Assembly: GCF_006345805.1 (NCBI RefSeq)
Contig: NC_043000.1
Span: 101,184,001-101,248,000 of the forward strand
Direction of reading: 5' to 3'
Length of the DNA: 64,000 bases
Source of the DNA: Octopus sinensis
Taxonomy: Eukaryota
This document shows, piece by piece, positions 36,831 to 52,459 of the stretch. A program made the translations under genes and the position numbers. Within the stretch, counting starts at the first letter, position 1. Each line of letters begins with the position of its first letter. The notes under the pieces were generated by a model. That model was given only the letters and a program-made list of their open reading frames with translations, searched no databases and was not told the origin of the DNA.

Positions 36831-38639
36831 CATTACTGCTGCTTAAATGTTAATGTGAAGACATGCAAATGGACACACACATACATGCATACATACATTG
36901 ACAGATAGATAGATACACAAACACACGCAAGAACATTTTTATGAACAAATATTGAAGTGTTGAGTGAGTCGGTATTTTAGAAATGAAAGAAATCTCAAAC
37001 ATCTTCAGGGGTATTTTATTCGATCCTCTCAGATGTTTTCACAGCTATTCTCCACCATTCAAGATTTCCTTCAACTCTGAAATATTGATGCATGTAGATA
37101 TGACTCTGACTATGTTGGAATTCCATTGACTAATATTTTTACCTATACACAATTATACAACCTCTGATATATGTGTGTGTGTTTATATATATGATGGATT
37201 ATTTCATTGTGAATGACAAAAGGGCTTTCATTAAAATAAAATGTAAATCATGTTCTATGGACATGAATATGTCTCTTGAGGTCTGGTGGTGCCTTTCAAA
37301 CCTTTTGGCAAATGGAACAAGTTGAGGACTCAGTTTGCTTGAATGCTTGTGGATCATTTACTCTGTGTTCTCTTGAGTGAATGGTAAGTCCTACTTTGCT
37401 TCATGTCACAAAACCAAATGATAAGTTTCAGTTTAGAGGAGCAACGTTTTGCCAGTATGCCTTCAAGCATGCATAAAGTCAGTCCTGATGTTGGAATCAA
37501 TTTGCTCAAAATCTTTGAATTAAGGAGAAGCAGAACTGGCACCAAGTCCTGCATTCTGATGCTTTGATTTCCCATATAATATCTATGTTACAATGGGATT
37601 TTGTGCAGTTTTCACTGACCAAATTTCATTTGCAAGCCATTGGACAAACCAGGGCTGTAGTAGAAGAAACTCGCCCAAAGTATCATGCTGTGAAATTGAA
37701 CTCCAAACCTTGTAGTTGTAAAGTACCCTTGTAAACCACAAAGTACAGAAACTGAAAACATTAAAAGAATAATAAGCATTTGTGTGTGTAAGTATGTATT
37801 TATGTATATACATTTATGTATATACACTATATACACATGTATATACACTTTAAGACGCTCATTGCAAAATGCTTTAGAGATATAAGCTGGAAACCAACAA
37901 CTTCGAAGTTAATTTTTTTATTTTTGTTTTTACTATATTTTTATAGTCTTAAGATGAGCTTTTACTAGATTTTGGCATTTCTCCAACTGCTTTTGGATTG
38001 ATTCAAGAAAACCTATTAGCTGTTGCACATATCTTAAGGGCTTAATGTATAATATTTCTGCTATTTAATGTAGGATCAAGGCAGCTGGGTTTTAAAACAT
38101 TTTGTTATTCTTCTTTAAAGCAATTGTTTTCTTCTGTACTCCCACCCACCAGCTTTTCTCTCTAAAAGAACACAACATTGTACTCTGATCCATCAGCTGC
38201 CTATGCCTAAGCTTTACTTTATGTAGGGTGAAGTATGATCAGTCTTCTTATATGCACCTGATTATGTGGGTATCTTCTCAAAGTCTGGCACATATCTCCA
38301 TTTCACAACGATTTCTAGTTTTATCTTAATGCAAGGAAAATTCAGGATAGCTAAATTGTAATGTTTGTGTGTGTCTTTGTTCCTTTTTGTTTTGTTTTTT
38401 TTCTGTCTATTTTTCTTTAAATTTGTTTCTTTTTAATTTATGGTCTCTTATTTTTAATTCTCTTTCTTGTTAAGATTATATTTGTTGAGAAAAATCTTTA
38501 AATATTAAATTAGGAAGTTATTAGAAATTGTGAAAATTACAAAATAATTTGCAAATTTAATAACAATATATGTACACATACACACACACATGCACATATA
38601 TGTATACACACACACACACACAAACACACAAATAAACCT

Positions 38640-38970
38640 CAGCATACACATATGTGCCAAAGAAGCTTGCTTTGCAACCATGTGTATTCAGGTTCAGTTC
38701 CATTGCACAGCAGCTTGGGCAAGTGTCTTGTACTATAGCCCTGGACTGACCAATGCCTTGTGAGTGAAATTAGTAGATGGAAACCGTGCTGAAGCTCATT
38801 GCATGTGTGTGTGTGTGTCTGTGTGCATATGCTAGTGCTCTCCCCCACCCACTGCTTGACATCTGGTATTGGTTTGTTTAAATTCCTGTAATTATAGCAG
38901 TTCAGCAAAAGAGAACTGATAGAAAAAGTAGCAGACTTCAAGGTCGTGCCCCAGCTTGGCCATGGCTCAT
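38640..38970 (-). mobile_element. SINE family B (diverged)
   Basis: Reverse complement of the head (gggcaagtgtcttgtactatagcc) and tail (ccagcttggccatgg). Confidence 0.7.
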
Positions 38971-39127
38971 TTATACTAACCTCCTTGTAACTAGAAGATA
39001 TACTCCAGCACATCTTCACCATCATCATCTCTCAGTCACCCTTGCTCTCCTTTTTTCAACTGAGGTAGCCATTGCATCAACTCTACAGCAAGACACCTGT
39101 GTCTGCTCCCTCTAGCATATTTTAACC

Positions 39128-39475
39128 CAGTGTTTTTCAACAAGGGCTCTGCAAAAGGTTCCTTGTGGTTCTTTGAAAAAGAGTAAGATAAGCTAATGCT
39201 AATTTCGTGATTGTAATATTACTATACATGCACAACATATTATTGGTTATTGTAATATAGACATCATCCTCTCTAATCTGTTAACAAAAAAATATAACAA
39301 CCATATATATATATATATAGGCACAGGAGTAGTTGTATGGTAAGTAGTTTGCTTACCAACCACATGGTTCTGGGTTCAGTCCCACTGTGTACTATAGCCT
39401 CGGGCCAACCAAAGCCTTGTGAGTGGATTTGGTAGACGGAAATGCGAAAGAAGCCCGTTGTGTACACACATGCAC

Positions 39476-39514
<39 letters not shown>

Positions 39515-39942
39515 CACACACGCACACACACACACACACACCACACACACACACATGTATGTATGTATGTATGTATGTATGTGTGAGTATATGTTTGTGT
39601 GTCTGTGTTTGTCACCCCCAACGTTGTTTGACAACCAATGCTGGTGTGTTTACGTCCCTGTAACTTGGTGGTTCAGCAAAAGAGACCAATAAATTAAGTA
39701 CAAGGCTTACAAAGAATAATTTCTGGGTCGATTTGGTTGACTAAAGGCGATGCTTCAGCATGGCCACAGTCAAATGACTGAAACAAGTAAAACAATAAAA
39801 GAAATATGATATTTACCATGTGAACTAGGATGAAAAAGATATGAGAAAGATATGATATATAATTTGTTTTTGTGCAGAGGTTCCTTTAGACATGTAATTT
39901 ATTTTAAGGGTTATGCAAGGGTAAAAAGGTTGAGAAACACTT
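39128..39942. mobile_element. hAT-type MITE with a nested SINE
   Basis: TIRs cagtgtttttcaac / gttgagaaacactt; 8-bp flanks ttttaacc / ctttaacc (7/8). Confidence 0.7.
39320..39802 (+). mobile_element. SINE family B nested in the hAT MITE
   Basis: Full-length copy with a small deletion in the head and an internal (CA)n. Confidence 0.85.
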
Positions 39943-40139
39943 CTTTAACCTCTCATCACTTGACATTTACCTAAGATGCCTTGCTGGGATTGAACCTAAA
40001 ACCATGCATTTGCAAGGTGAACATTTTAATCACACAACTTACATCTTTGCTGAATATTTCCAGCATCTCAGTGACTATTGCTGATGGTCAAGCTATTTTC
40101 CTTTACTTTCATATCCTCAATGATAATTTTAATTGTATA

Positions 40140-40490
40140 TTCTTTTACTTGTTTCAGTCATTTGACTGCGGCCATGCTGGAGCATCACTTTTAGTGGAAC
40201 AAATCGACCCCATGACTTTGTAAGCCTAATATTTATCCTTTCAGTCTCTTTTGCAGAGCTGCTAAGTTACGGGGAGGTAAACACACCAACATTGGTTGTC
40301 AAGCGATGGAGAGTTGACTAACATAGACACACAAACATATACACACACGCCCATACATATATATGACGGGCTTCTTTCAGTTTCCATCTACCAGATCCAC
40401 TCACAAGGCTTTGGTCGACCCAAGGCTATAGTAGAAGACACTTGCTCAAGGTGTCACGCAGTGGGACTGAACCAGGAAGCATGTGGTTGG
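40140..40490 (-). mobile_element. SINE family B
   Basis: ttttacttgtttcagtcatttgactgcggccatgctggagc ... gggactgaaccagg. Confidence 0.85.
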
Positions 40491-40944
40491 TAGCTATTAA
40501 TTTCAATAGATTATTTCTGTGATTCTTCGCCTTGAGGTAGTCCCTCTCTTATTTCCCTGTATTCCCATCATTCAGCGACCTTTCAAAGCAGTATTTCCAT
40601 ACTTCCTTCTTCTTGGCATCAGTGAGAGCAAGGGCACTGCTTTAAGCATGCACACATAATGATACTCTTATTCATACTTTGCAATATAAATGTGTGCCCA
40701 CACATGCACACACACACACACTAACAAGATAACTAAAGTGAAACTACTTGTAATTTCAGCTTATTTTAGATTCCAAAGGTGTTCCTGGCATGGTATTTTT
40801 CAGGCATAGTGTATCTAGAGGTACACTAGCCAATATATTTTGCTTACCTAAAAAACAGAAATGTATGGTTGAAGAGAAATTTGCCATTTTCTTCTTAGCA
40901 GTATGAGTTATAGTGTAAATGCTCTTTTATATAATAAAATGTGA

Positions 40945-40988
<44 letters not shown>

Positions 40989-41016
40989 ATGTTGATGATA
41001 TATATACACACACACT

Positions 41017-41400
41017 GTGTTTGATGAGACCTATTGAGTCAAGTACATCAACATCAAAAAATGAAATGGAAATTGTAGTTGCGATACCTGTGCCAGCGGC
41101 ACGTGAAAATCACCATCCCAATCGTGGCTGATGCCAGCGCCGCCTTGACTGGCTTCCGTGCCAGTGACACGTAAAAAGCACTATGGCCGTTGCCAGCCTC
41201 ACCTGGCACCTGTGCCAGTGGAATGTAAAAAGTACCCACTACATTCATGGAGTGGTTGGCATTAGGAAGGGCATCCAGCAGTAGAAATACTGCCAGATCA
41301 GACTGGAGCCTGGTGCAGCCTCCTGGTTTCCCAGACCCCGGTTGAACCATCCAACCCATGCTAGCATGGAAAACAGATGTTATACGATGATGATGATGAT
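41017..41400 (+). mobile_element. RTE 3' UTR copy (intermediate-age subfamily)
   Basis: Includes gagacctattgagtcaag (cf. 18860) and diverged repeat units; (GAT)n tail followed by TA-rich sequence. Confidence 0.85.
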
Positions 41401-41719
41401 ATGTATATATATATATATATATAAACTTATTAAGAAAAGATAATGAAAATTTCTGCAGTCCTTGGAAAAGTAAATTTCATTTTATATATTTCTTATATCG
41501 TTCTTTAAGCCTAAAAGTACAATGATTTTATGATGCTTTTAATGTATGTTTAATGTATGTATTTATTATTTTTTTGAATAATTGAACAAATATAAATCAA
41601 CTTTCTTTAATGGCAACATTAATTAAATTTCCTTTTGTATTCTTATAACAATTAAAAGTTTCCGATATTTAATTTGTCAGAAAAAATTTAGAATTTCAAC
41701 TTGTGTAAAATTCATAATT

Positions 41720-41980
41720 ATTTGTATGTATTTATATGTACATGTGTATGTATATATACTTATGTTTCTATATATATATATATATGTATGTATGTGTGTG
41801 TGTGAGTGTGTGTGTGTGTGTACATATGTGTGTGTGTATATATGTTTGTGTGTGTATATATGTATGTGTGTGTATGTGTGTGTGTACATATGTGTGTGTG
41901 TATATATATTTGTGTGTGTATATATGTGTGTGTATGTGTGTGTGTATATGTATGTGTATATATATATTTGTATATATATA

Positions 41981-42011
<31 letters not shown>

Positions 42012-42513
42012 CTGTATATGTATATATATATATACATATGTATGTATGTGCATATATATATATAGGTATGTATATGTATATATATGTATGTGTATTTGTA
42101 TATATATATATATGTATATATATATATGTATATAAATATATATATCTATGTATGTATATATATATGTATATAAATATATGTATGTATATATATATGTATA
42201 TAAATATATATATGTATGTATATATATATATATGCTTGTATGTATATATATATATATTTGTATGTATATGTATATAAGTATGTGTATACATATATATTTA
42301 TATGTATATATATATATATGTATTTATGTGTATACATATATGTATGTATATATGTATATGTATGTATATATACATATGTATGTATATATATATATATGTA
42401 TATATATGCATGTATGTATATATGTATGTATATATATGTATATATATATGTTTGTATGTATATATATATATATATGTGTGTATCTATATATTTATATATA
42501 TATATATACATAC

Positions 42514-42545
<32 letters not shown>

Positions 42546-42575
42546 ATGTGTATATATATATATATATGTATATTT
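41720..42575. repeat. ~850-bp compound (TA)/(TG)/(TATG) microsatellite
   Basis: Continuous purine-pyrimidine alternation. Confidence 0.95.
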
Positions 42576-43689
42576 ATATTCATTTTTTTTCTTTTGCTAA
42601 ATTTCAATTTGAAGAATTTAAAAAATATATCAGCTCCAGCACTACATTTGCATCATTTGCATTAATTAATATATACTTTTTCTGGGTTTTTTTCAAATTC
42701 TAGTAGCAGATGTTTCAAATATTAATTTGAATTCATCATAATGAAGCTTCTCTGTAATCATGATTCTTTTCATTAAGATTGAATGTTCTTGTTGTTTAAT
42801 CTCAAGACAGCTATGGTTAAACAAAACTATGATCAAAAGTATTCCAGATTTGCCTATCTCACCTTTTTTTTTCTAGGCATTGTGTTCCCTGGACTACATT
42901 ATTCAATGTGTCTTTTCCTTTAGTCAAAATTACTAGTTATGATTTGGGACAGATTTGATTCACGTTCCTAGCAAGTCAAGCAATCACAAAGTTGTACCTT
43001 CATTCATTCATTCAACAGAATGTTGGAGAGATGCATATATTTAACTGAATTAACGCCAGTGTGTTACTGGTACCTATTTTTATTGACACTAAAATTATGA
43101 ACAATTAATTCAGTCCAGGTTAACTTGGAACATAGAAACATTAAAGTAAAAAAAGAAATCCCCCAAAAAACTGTAAAACACATAATTCTAATCTCTCTGA
43201 ATTGTGTTCTTCATCCTTTACTGATGTTTAACCCTAGGTCAGTGCTGTTTGAGAAGACCTATGATTCAGTAGTGTAGGTCTGTGACTACATTATATAATG
43301 TGAGTTTTTTAAATGCTAGAATGTGACTTGAAGTTGATTTAGATGTTATTTTTTTGTAGATCAGTCAACTATGTAAACAGATCTCTCATTTGCCCAATTT
43401 CATCTGTGAAATAAAATCAAAAGGTGCAAATTCAGAATTTATGGAGGAGAGATGTAGTTAACTGATTGAACCCTGATATATCTTTGGTACAAATCTTATC
43501 GGTACCTTTTATTGGATAATTACATCTATAGGTACCAGGTCTGTTGACATTGGCAATAATACAACTTGGTAAGTCGTGATCCTAGCCAATGACCTTACAT
43601 AGGTTCCTCTACATAGTGTCATGTGAGTGTTGGTTTGATTAGCGGACCACTCTTCTATTGACAAAACCCTTTTACCATAGCCATAAACT

Positions 43690-44370
43690 GGGTTGCTGTT
43701 GAGTGCTAGTCTTGGCCAAATGGCAACCCATGTTTGGCCCAGATGTCTTGTTTTCTTATTTTCTGCTTCTAACCTCTTATCTAGAGGCTATTTCTCTGTC
43801 TGTCATCTGGGTACTTGCCAGATATAAGGTCGGTCTCTCTCTCACATACATATCCTGGAAGCAGCTCATGTTTAGTTCTGCATGATATCTTTCCATATTT
43901 GCTGTCTATCCTTATGTTTACTTACTTGTTATGGATCCAGTGAGTTCTTCTTTCACACAGCCAGCTTGACCAGGCGTCATATTTTATTGGAACCGACGAA
44001 CTGCATTCAATGGATGTTTGGGTTAAATTTGACAGTTTGCATCAAAGGTAAAGAAAGCACAGTATCCCATCCAAAAAATAAAAGTATCTTAAAATATCAA
44101 AAAATATCAATGAAATTATGGCTGGGAGATAACAGGTTTCCCAAAGGCCTTGTTCAAAGATGTGGGATTGAGTTCTGATGTGTAGGTGTAGTCAGAATGC
44201 CTGCTGGCCATGACTTTGTTGTCTCCATTGCAGCTGTCTTTGTCATGTCATACAGCCTTTACAGTGTGTTCACAGAACATTAAACAGCAGTCATGACGTT
44301 GGCATTTTGATACCTAGTGTGAATCATCATGATACAGGCAAATCTTTTCCAATATTTAGATGGGTTCCAG
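43690..44370 (-). pseudogene. Highly decayed RTE-like ORF2 remnant
   Basis: Minus-strand peptide RPYIWQVPR*..KTRHLGQTW resembles RLRWxGHVxRM..GRPxKTW. Confidence 0.3.
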
Positions 44371-44498
44371 CCCTCTCTGTCAGTTAAATTTTTCTCTACT
44401 ACAACTTTAATGTTTATGTTCTCCAATTCTGTTGAATGTTCAATACTTCAAGCTGTTCCTGAAAATAGAGAATGAAAAAATCCAAAATTGTCAATATA

Positions 44499-44660
44499 GG
44501 TGTAGGAGTGGCTGTGTGGTAAGTAGCTTGCTTACCAACCACATGGTTCCAGATTCAGTCTCACTGCATGGCACCTTGGGCAAGTGTCTTCTACAAAAGC
44601 CTCAGGTCGACCAAAGCCTTGTGAGTGGATTTGATAGACGGAAACTGAAAGAAGCCCATC

Positions 44661-44732
<72 letters not shown>

Positions 44733-44935
44733 TTGTGTATCTGTGTTTGTCCTCCCAACATTGCTTGACAACCGATGCTGATGTGTTTATGTCCCCATTA
44801 CTTAGCGGTTCAGCAAAAGAGACTGATAGAATAAGTACTAAGCTTACAAAGAATAAGTCCTGGGGTCGATTTGCTCGACTAAAGGCGGTGCTCCAGCATG
44901 GCCACAGTCAAATGACTGAAACAAGTAAAAGAGTA
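44499..44935 (+). mobile_element. SINE family B
   Basis: Full-length copy. Confidence 0.9.
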
Positions 44936-45559
44936 AATTTAGCCTGAACATCCTGTAGTCCTATACCTATTTTCTCTCTTGTTATAATAGTTTATAAGCT
45001 AACTACTAAGCTACTTTTATAAGTGAACTCCATTTCTTCCAGCTCAATATGCTCTCAATTCATATACTGCCAAAGTCAACCTGAGAGCAGGGTTGATAAA
45101 ATAGTACTAGATGAGAAGTGGAGTTAATGCAATCCTCTCAAATCTGCTGATCTTGTGGAGAAATTAGAAAGAATTTCATGCAAGCTTTAGCTGTATATAC
45201 CTGCATTGTTATTATTTCTAGTTTGGAAAACAGAAATAATTTAACCCACCTTTTTTTCTTACATGACTACATGGTCAACAACCTCTTCATAATAACCATA
45301 AAATTCTATGTAATACACCTTTTTTTTTTACTAAAATCTAGATTAAATATAAGGATATTTATAATGCATATCAGGCTGCAAAGAGTAGAAAAAAATACAT
45401 AATAACGTAATGAAGCATTATTGTATTTTAGACTATTTCATTATTTTTTCATATGCTTAATATAAAATCAAATAAAAATCTAACACATTATAGCATGTCT
45501 ATTCTTGCAGTAGTTGTGTAATACTGTGTTATAAGGTATTATAACAAGACACTTTATTT

Positions 45560-45785
45560 CACCTTGTCTCAGTTCGCTTATCTGTAGAAATGAGTTGTGA
45601 CGTCACTGGTGCCAAGCTGTGCTGGCCTTTTCCTGTCCTTGGATAAAATCAATGGCATGGTTAGGGGAGGCTGGTATGTATGGGCGACTGTTGGTCTTCC
45701 ATAAAAAAAACCTGCCCGGACTTGTGCCTGAGAGGGTAACTTTCTAGGTGCAACCCCATGGTTATTCATGACTGAAGGGGTTTTA
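45560..45785 (+). mobile_element. 3' part of the SINE family at 61411
   Basis: ctgtagaaatgagttgtgacgtcactggtgccaagctg ... gagggtaactttctaggtgcaa ... gactgaagggg. Confidence 0.8.
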
Positions 45786-46657
45786 TAGGCTGATCCAATT
45801 TAGACATCAGAAGAGATGTATGTTATATATGGTAGTGAAGTGGTTGTGTATTATACTTTGCAACTTATTATATGTGGTAGTGTACTGTGCATATGGTTCA
45901 AAATTGTACAAAAATATTAAAAAATGGGGACAGGTGAGGGAACAACAAACCAAGTGTGTTAGTTTGAGGCTCAGGTAAAACGGAAAGAGTCTTTGACATC
46001 TTGAGCTTATGCTCTTCTACAGAAAGGAACGAGAGAAGAAAACAGATAGAGACAGGAAAAAGGTGGAGAGAGAACACACCATGTCTGGATTAATGGTTGC
46101 ACATTGTTGAATTGACCAGAAGGATGTTATCAGAGAGAAAAGTGGCAAGGGGGACAACAGTTACCTGGCTAAAGTGTGTGTGTTCAACCATGTCCGTGTG
46201 TGGGCAAATATGTGAATGAGTATGAAGATTGAGTGAGTGTGTGTATGTATGGGAGTGTGTGTGTTTATGCATCTGAATAAACATGTATGTACATGTGTGT
46301 AGGGAAATGTGTGCTCCATGTATTTGTGTATGTGTGGAAGTGTATGAGGCAATCTAATGTATATGTGCATTAGGTTATAAGATATAAGTGTGTGTGTGTG
46401 TGTACAGACACGTGTGTAGCAGCTAATGCATGCATGTATATTGTGTGTAAGTAGCATGTGTGCATACCTTTGTATTCTTGTGTATACATAGTCTTATGTG
46501 GTATTTAATACAGGCAGTACTAAAAGGCATCTTTACATTATAAGATTTTAAAGATAGTTTACGTCCTCAAATTGAGGATGTGCATAATTCATGGTAGCAT
46601 GGCCTTTTATGCTAAACTATTGATTAATCTCATTTCCTGGTATTACTTAATGTTGTC

Positions 46658-47093
46658 GGATCTTTTCGGTTTGAATGGCAATTTTTTCTAGCGGTGTCAT
46701 ATGAAATTGTCACCCATAATTATGACCCTAGTATCGATCTATTGCATTTCAATCTGATTTAGGGTTGGGGTTAGTTAGTGTTAGTTAGGGTTAGGGGTGG
46801 GGAAGGGTATCTTTTTTTCTTCACAAATGTAAATAAACCTAATCTGTTTCTTAAATGAGGGACATATTCATACGGCACAGAATGTTTTTTTACCTCAATG
46901 GATGTCAGTGATTGGTTGAAATTGCAGAAATTGAACAAAGAAAAAAACAAATATCTTACAAACTATACAATTTTCTCAATAAAGCCAAGAGAAAAAGATG
47001 TTTTATAAACACATTCTACCAGTATACGAAGTTTAAAATGTTTTAGTTACCTAGAAAATATGTTAAAAACTGCCGTTCAAACCGAAAAGATCC
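46658..47093. mobile_element. 436-bp MITE, Merlin-like (GG termini, 8-bp TSD)
   Basis: TIRs ggatcttttcggtttgaatggca / tgccgttcaaaccgaaaagatcc; perfect TSD ATGTTGTC at 46650-46657 and 47094-47101; internal TTAGGG-like tract. Confidence 0.9.
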
Positions 47094-47124
47094 ATGTTGT
47101 CTTCAAAATTAACATCTACATATG

Positions 47125-47570
47125 TAGCTGTGTAGTTAAGAAGTTTGCTTCTCAAGTAAATAGTTTGGGGTTCACTCCCACAGCATGGCATCTTAGGCAT
47201 GTGTCTCCTGCTACAGTTTCAGGTTGATCAAAGACTTGTGAGTGGATTTGGCAGACAGAAACTGAAAGAAGCCTATCATATATATTTATATATGGTTATG
47301 TATGTTTATGTCTGAGCCTATATCTATGTCCCCTTCTTTAGACATTGCAAGGTTGTTGCAAATGAATGCCACTCATTTCCAATAGGCCTCAAAAACATGT
47401 CCTGGCCATGGGGAAATATTATATTCCCTTATATAGAAACAAGTAAAGGTTGGCAACAGGAAGGGCATCCAGCCATAGAAAACCTACCTCAGTATATTCT
47501 GTCCAATCCATGCAAGCATGGAAAAGTGGATGTTAAAACTATGATGATGATGGTGATGAAAATGATGATT
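47125..47570 (+). mobile_element. SINE with a family B-type tRNA head and an RTE-derived 3' tail
   Basis: Head gctgtgtagttaagaagtttgc..gggttcactcc, a distinct body, then ggaagggcatccagc..tccaatccatgcaagcatggaaaagtggatgttaaa(GAT)n. Confidence 0.7.
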
Positions 47571-48109
47571 TTTATAAAGTAAGTAATTTACTAAGCAATT
47601 GCTGATGAGGGCCAAGAAACCAGAAATGATTGGAGTTATATCCCTTACTTGGGCCGTCAGAAAATAATGTTAACTAACTACACCTTATGTTTTTACCCTA
47701 ATTACTGTATTTAACCTGATGGTGGTTATTTCTGATGTTTAATTAATTGTAAAATGAAACTGTGAATAAATGAAACCCTCTCGTTATATGAATCAGTTCC
47801 AGTTTTTATTTCCAGCTCATTCCAAAGTACAATTTTTGCAATTATCCTTGCAACTGATGGAGCATTAGAGAAGTATGCTAGTCACAAAATTTTCCTGTTA
47901 AACAATTTCTATCTTTACGGGAAGGATCCTGGTGAAACGTTGCCTGTCAGTAATTAGGTATTGATTACCGTTGCTTGTGTGCTCATCTGTGTTTCATAGA
48001 AAACAATTACACATGGTAAACCAGTAAGTGTCCACTTGAAGGAACAATCATATTGAAAACCAAAGTGATATCCAAATGAGCATAATACTATGTAATAAAA
48101 CTTAATTGT

Positions 48110-49910
<1,801 letters not shown>

Positions 49911-50419
49911 GTCACTGGGTGTATATAGTCAGTTGATTATGTTTTATTGGCTTAAGAGTGATGTGGTATGTGCATACTTGTGCGGAACCGAATTTTATAG
50001 TGTTGCTGCTTTTTCTGTGTCTGTGCACTTGTTTATATGTGAGACTCCATAAAATGTTTCCATGTGTGTGCATGTGAGTGTGTATGTGTACATGTAATTA
50101 TGTGTGTCTGTGTGTGTGTGCTTGTGTGACAGTCAGTGTTTCAAGCAGTCGTGTAATTATATTACGCGTGTGTTTGTAGATAAGAGTAATTGTTCATGCA
50201 TATACAATTAAGTATGATGCTGTGTGTAGGTGTGTTGGTGCGTGTGTGTGTGTGTGTGCATGTGTGTGAGTGTGTGCATGTGTGTGTATGTTTTGGTCTA
50301 TGCGTGTATGTCTTTGACTTAATTCTGATGTAAAAATCTTAAATTAAGGATATTAAAAATTGTGCTAATGAAAGACAAAACTAAACAAAAAAAACTGTAA
50401 TGAGAAGAGAAAATTTCCT

Positions 50420-50552
50420 CATCATCTTCCACATCATCATCATCGTCATCATCATCATCATCATCATCATGATTATTTGCATTTTTTCAAAACCCACAAT
50501 ACCCCCATCATCTTGATCATCATAGTCATCGTCATCACCACCATCACTGTTG

Positions 50553-50592
<40 letters not shown>

Positions 50593-50630
50593 TATCATCA
50601 CCATAATCATCCTTCATCATCATCATCATG
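50420..50630. repeat. (CAT)n microsatellite
   Basis: Direct reading. Confidence 0.9.
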
Positions 50631-52254
50631 ATTGTTTCCTAATGTTCAGTCTTATACAGTGACAGTAATTGTGAGAGAATAGTACAAATTCTTTCTGTGA
50701 AAGGTGGTATTTACCATCTCCTGTATAATTGGTTCCCCTTGTATCTTTTTTGCATTTAAAACTCTGTATGGTGAATATTTTCTCATTTCATTCAACTCTA
50801 CATTACAAATCTTAAATGTATTTGGTGGGCCCAGATATTTCCATTAATATGTTGCTCCAGTTCTAGATACTTAAACAATAACCTTAATTTAACATCAGCA
50901 CCTGGTCCTTGTGAATATTTAACATAATTTATTATGTTGCAAAAATTTTGTTATCAGATTAGTTTTTCAGTGATAAATTGGTTTTGTCTTTCTCTGCTCT
51001 GCGTTCAAATACCCATTTTGGTTAACTTTACATATCACCCTTTAAAAATTGATAAGAAAAAAAAATTTACAAATCCAGGAAATGGATTCACAGAACTGTA
51101 AGAATATAAGTCCAGATTCCTTGTAATGTCTATCTTAGCTGTTTGTGTTCAAATTCTTCTGAGGCCCATGTTGGTGGTAAGCTTAATCTGTCAGCTCAGC
51201 TGGTTCAACACCACCAAATGATCCATGTGGAACTTTAACAGTATTTACACAGTCGCAAAACTTTGTAATCAGACTGAATTTTCCAGTGGTGAATTCATGT
51301 AGTTTTAGAGCATTGGATAGAATTCTGAGGAATACTATTGAGCAAAGGCCATGGACTATGTTTTGCCACTGCTTTTAACTCTGGACCTGCAGTAAGAATG
51401 TCAGACCAGATATACCTTGTGGTATTTGTTCTAGTCGTTTGCATTCTGAATTTAAATCCCACCTTGGTCTACTTTGATAGTAGACTTAACGAATCACTTG
51501 ATTTAGCAACACTGCCTGGCAATGCAGAGGGTCGTATGAAATAATTGGATATAGTGTTTAGTTTGGATTTAGAAGTGTAAAAGACATTATGGGTAATGTC
51601 AGTGCAAGATTAACCATTAAACAAAATAAGTACGTGCTTAGGGCATCAAGGGAAAGGGGCATAACAGAAATGTTAGATGGTTTATGGCACAAAAGAAATC
51701 ACTTTAAACTTGCTAAAATAATATTTGAAGTGGTTTATATGATCGTAAATATAATTTTGAAGTGTTCATGGTATCATAGAAAAGATCGATCAAAGACTTT
51801 GCAATTAAAAAATGTAGAAGGAAACCTTTTAAATATGAATAAAGTGGAAGTATACAAAAGTAAACATTATTTTACATCTTACTGTTAGTTTTGTTTCTCT
51901 TTGAAAAATAAAGATATATTTTATGGTGTATTATTGTTTATATTTTGAATCACACACAAAGGCACACATACCCACACACTCACACAAGCACTCACATGCA
52001 CACACACATGCCTGCATGCATGCACGCGTGTACACACACACATACACACACAATCTTTTAAGTGCTTAGGGCTTCTATGGGTCTCTATCCAGTCCTGGGT
52101 AATGGGAGTTGGTAAGATTAGTACTTCACATTGTTATTATCTTAGTTGTTTGACACTAGTTCAAACCTTATCAAACAGATCTATGATCAAAGGTTTGAGA
52201 AGGATTGAGAAGACCCCTGTCAGGGCTAAGAGATATTGTAGTTGTGGCCAATGC

Positions 52255-52438
52255 CAGTGTTGTGTGACCGCCACCCATTACACTCTTGGAGTGGTTGGTG
52301 TTAGGAAGGGCATCCAGCTGGAGAAACCATGCTAAATCAGATTGAAACGTTGTGCAGCCCTCCAGCCTACCAGTTTTAGTCAAACCGTCTAACCCATACC
52401 TGGATGGAAAGCAGACACTAAATGATGATGATGATGAT
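52255..52438 (+). mobile_element. RTE 3' end (family A)
   Basis: cccattacactcttggagtggttggtgttaggaagggcatccagc..(GAT)n. Confidence 0.8.
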
Positions 52439-52459
52439 GGATGAGTGAAATAAAAAATA

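Noticed and set aside
41677-42703. Long [12 protein letters not shown] ORFs (also at 5407-5967, 13157-13529, 20769-21294, 48088-49936 and 53942-54278)
   Set aside because: Dinucleotide microsatellites lack stop codons in most frames.
43532-43568. 37-nt candidate exon (ctatAG ... G|GTAAGT)
   Set aside because: In the phase required after the GT7 exon it hits TGA within four codons; weak polypyrimidine tract and no homology.
46758-46802. Interstitial telomere or chromosome fusion scar
   Set aside because: Only a few degenerate units, and they are internal to a TSD-flanked MITE.
51207-51218. FGGV motif as the next B4GALT exon
   Set aside because: It is on the minus strand, with no LPY before it and no NGF/WGWGGEDDD after it.
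51060-51890. Non-repetitive-looking stretch with short ORFs (51338-51544, 51589-51888)
   Set aside because: No recognisable domain, splice structure or codon signal in any frame I translated.
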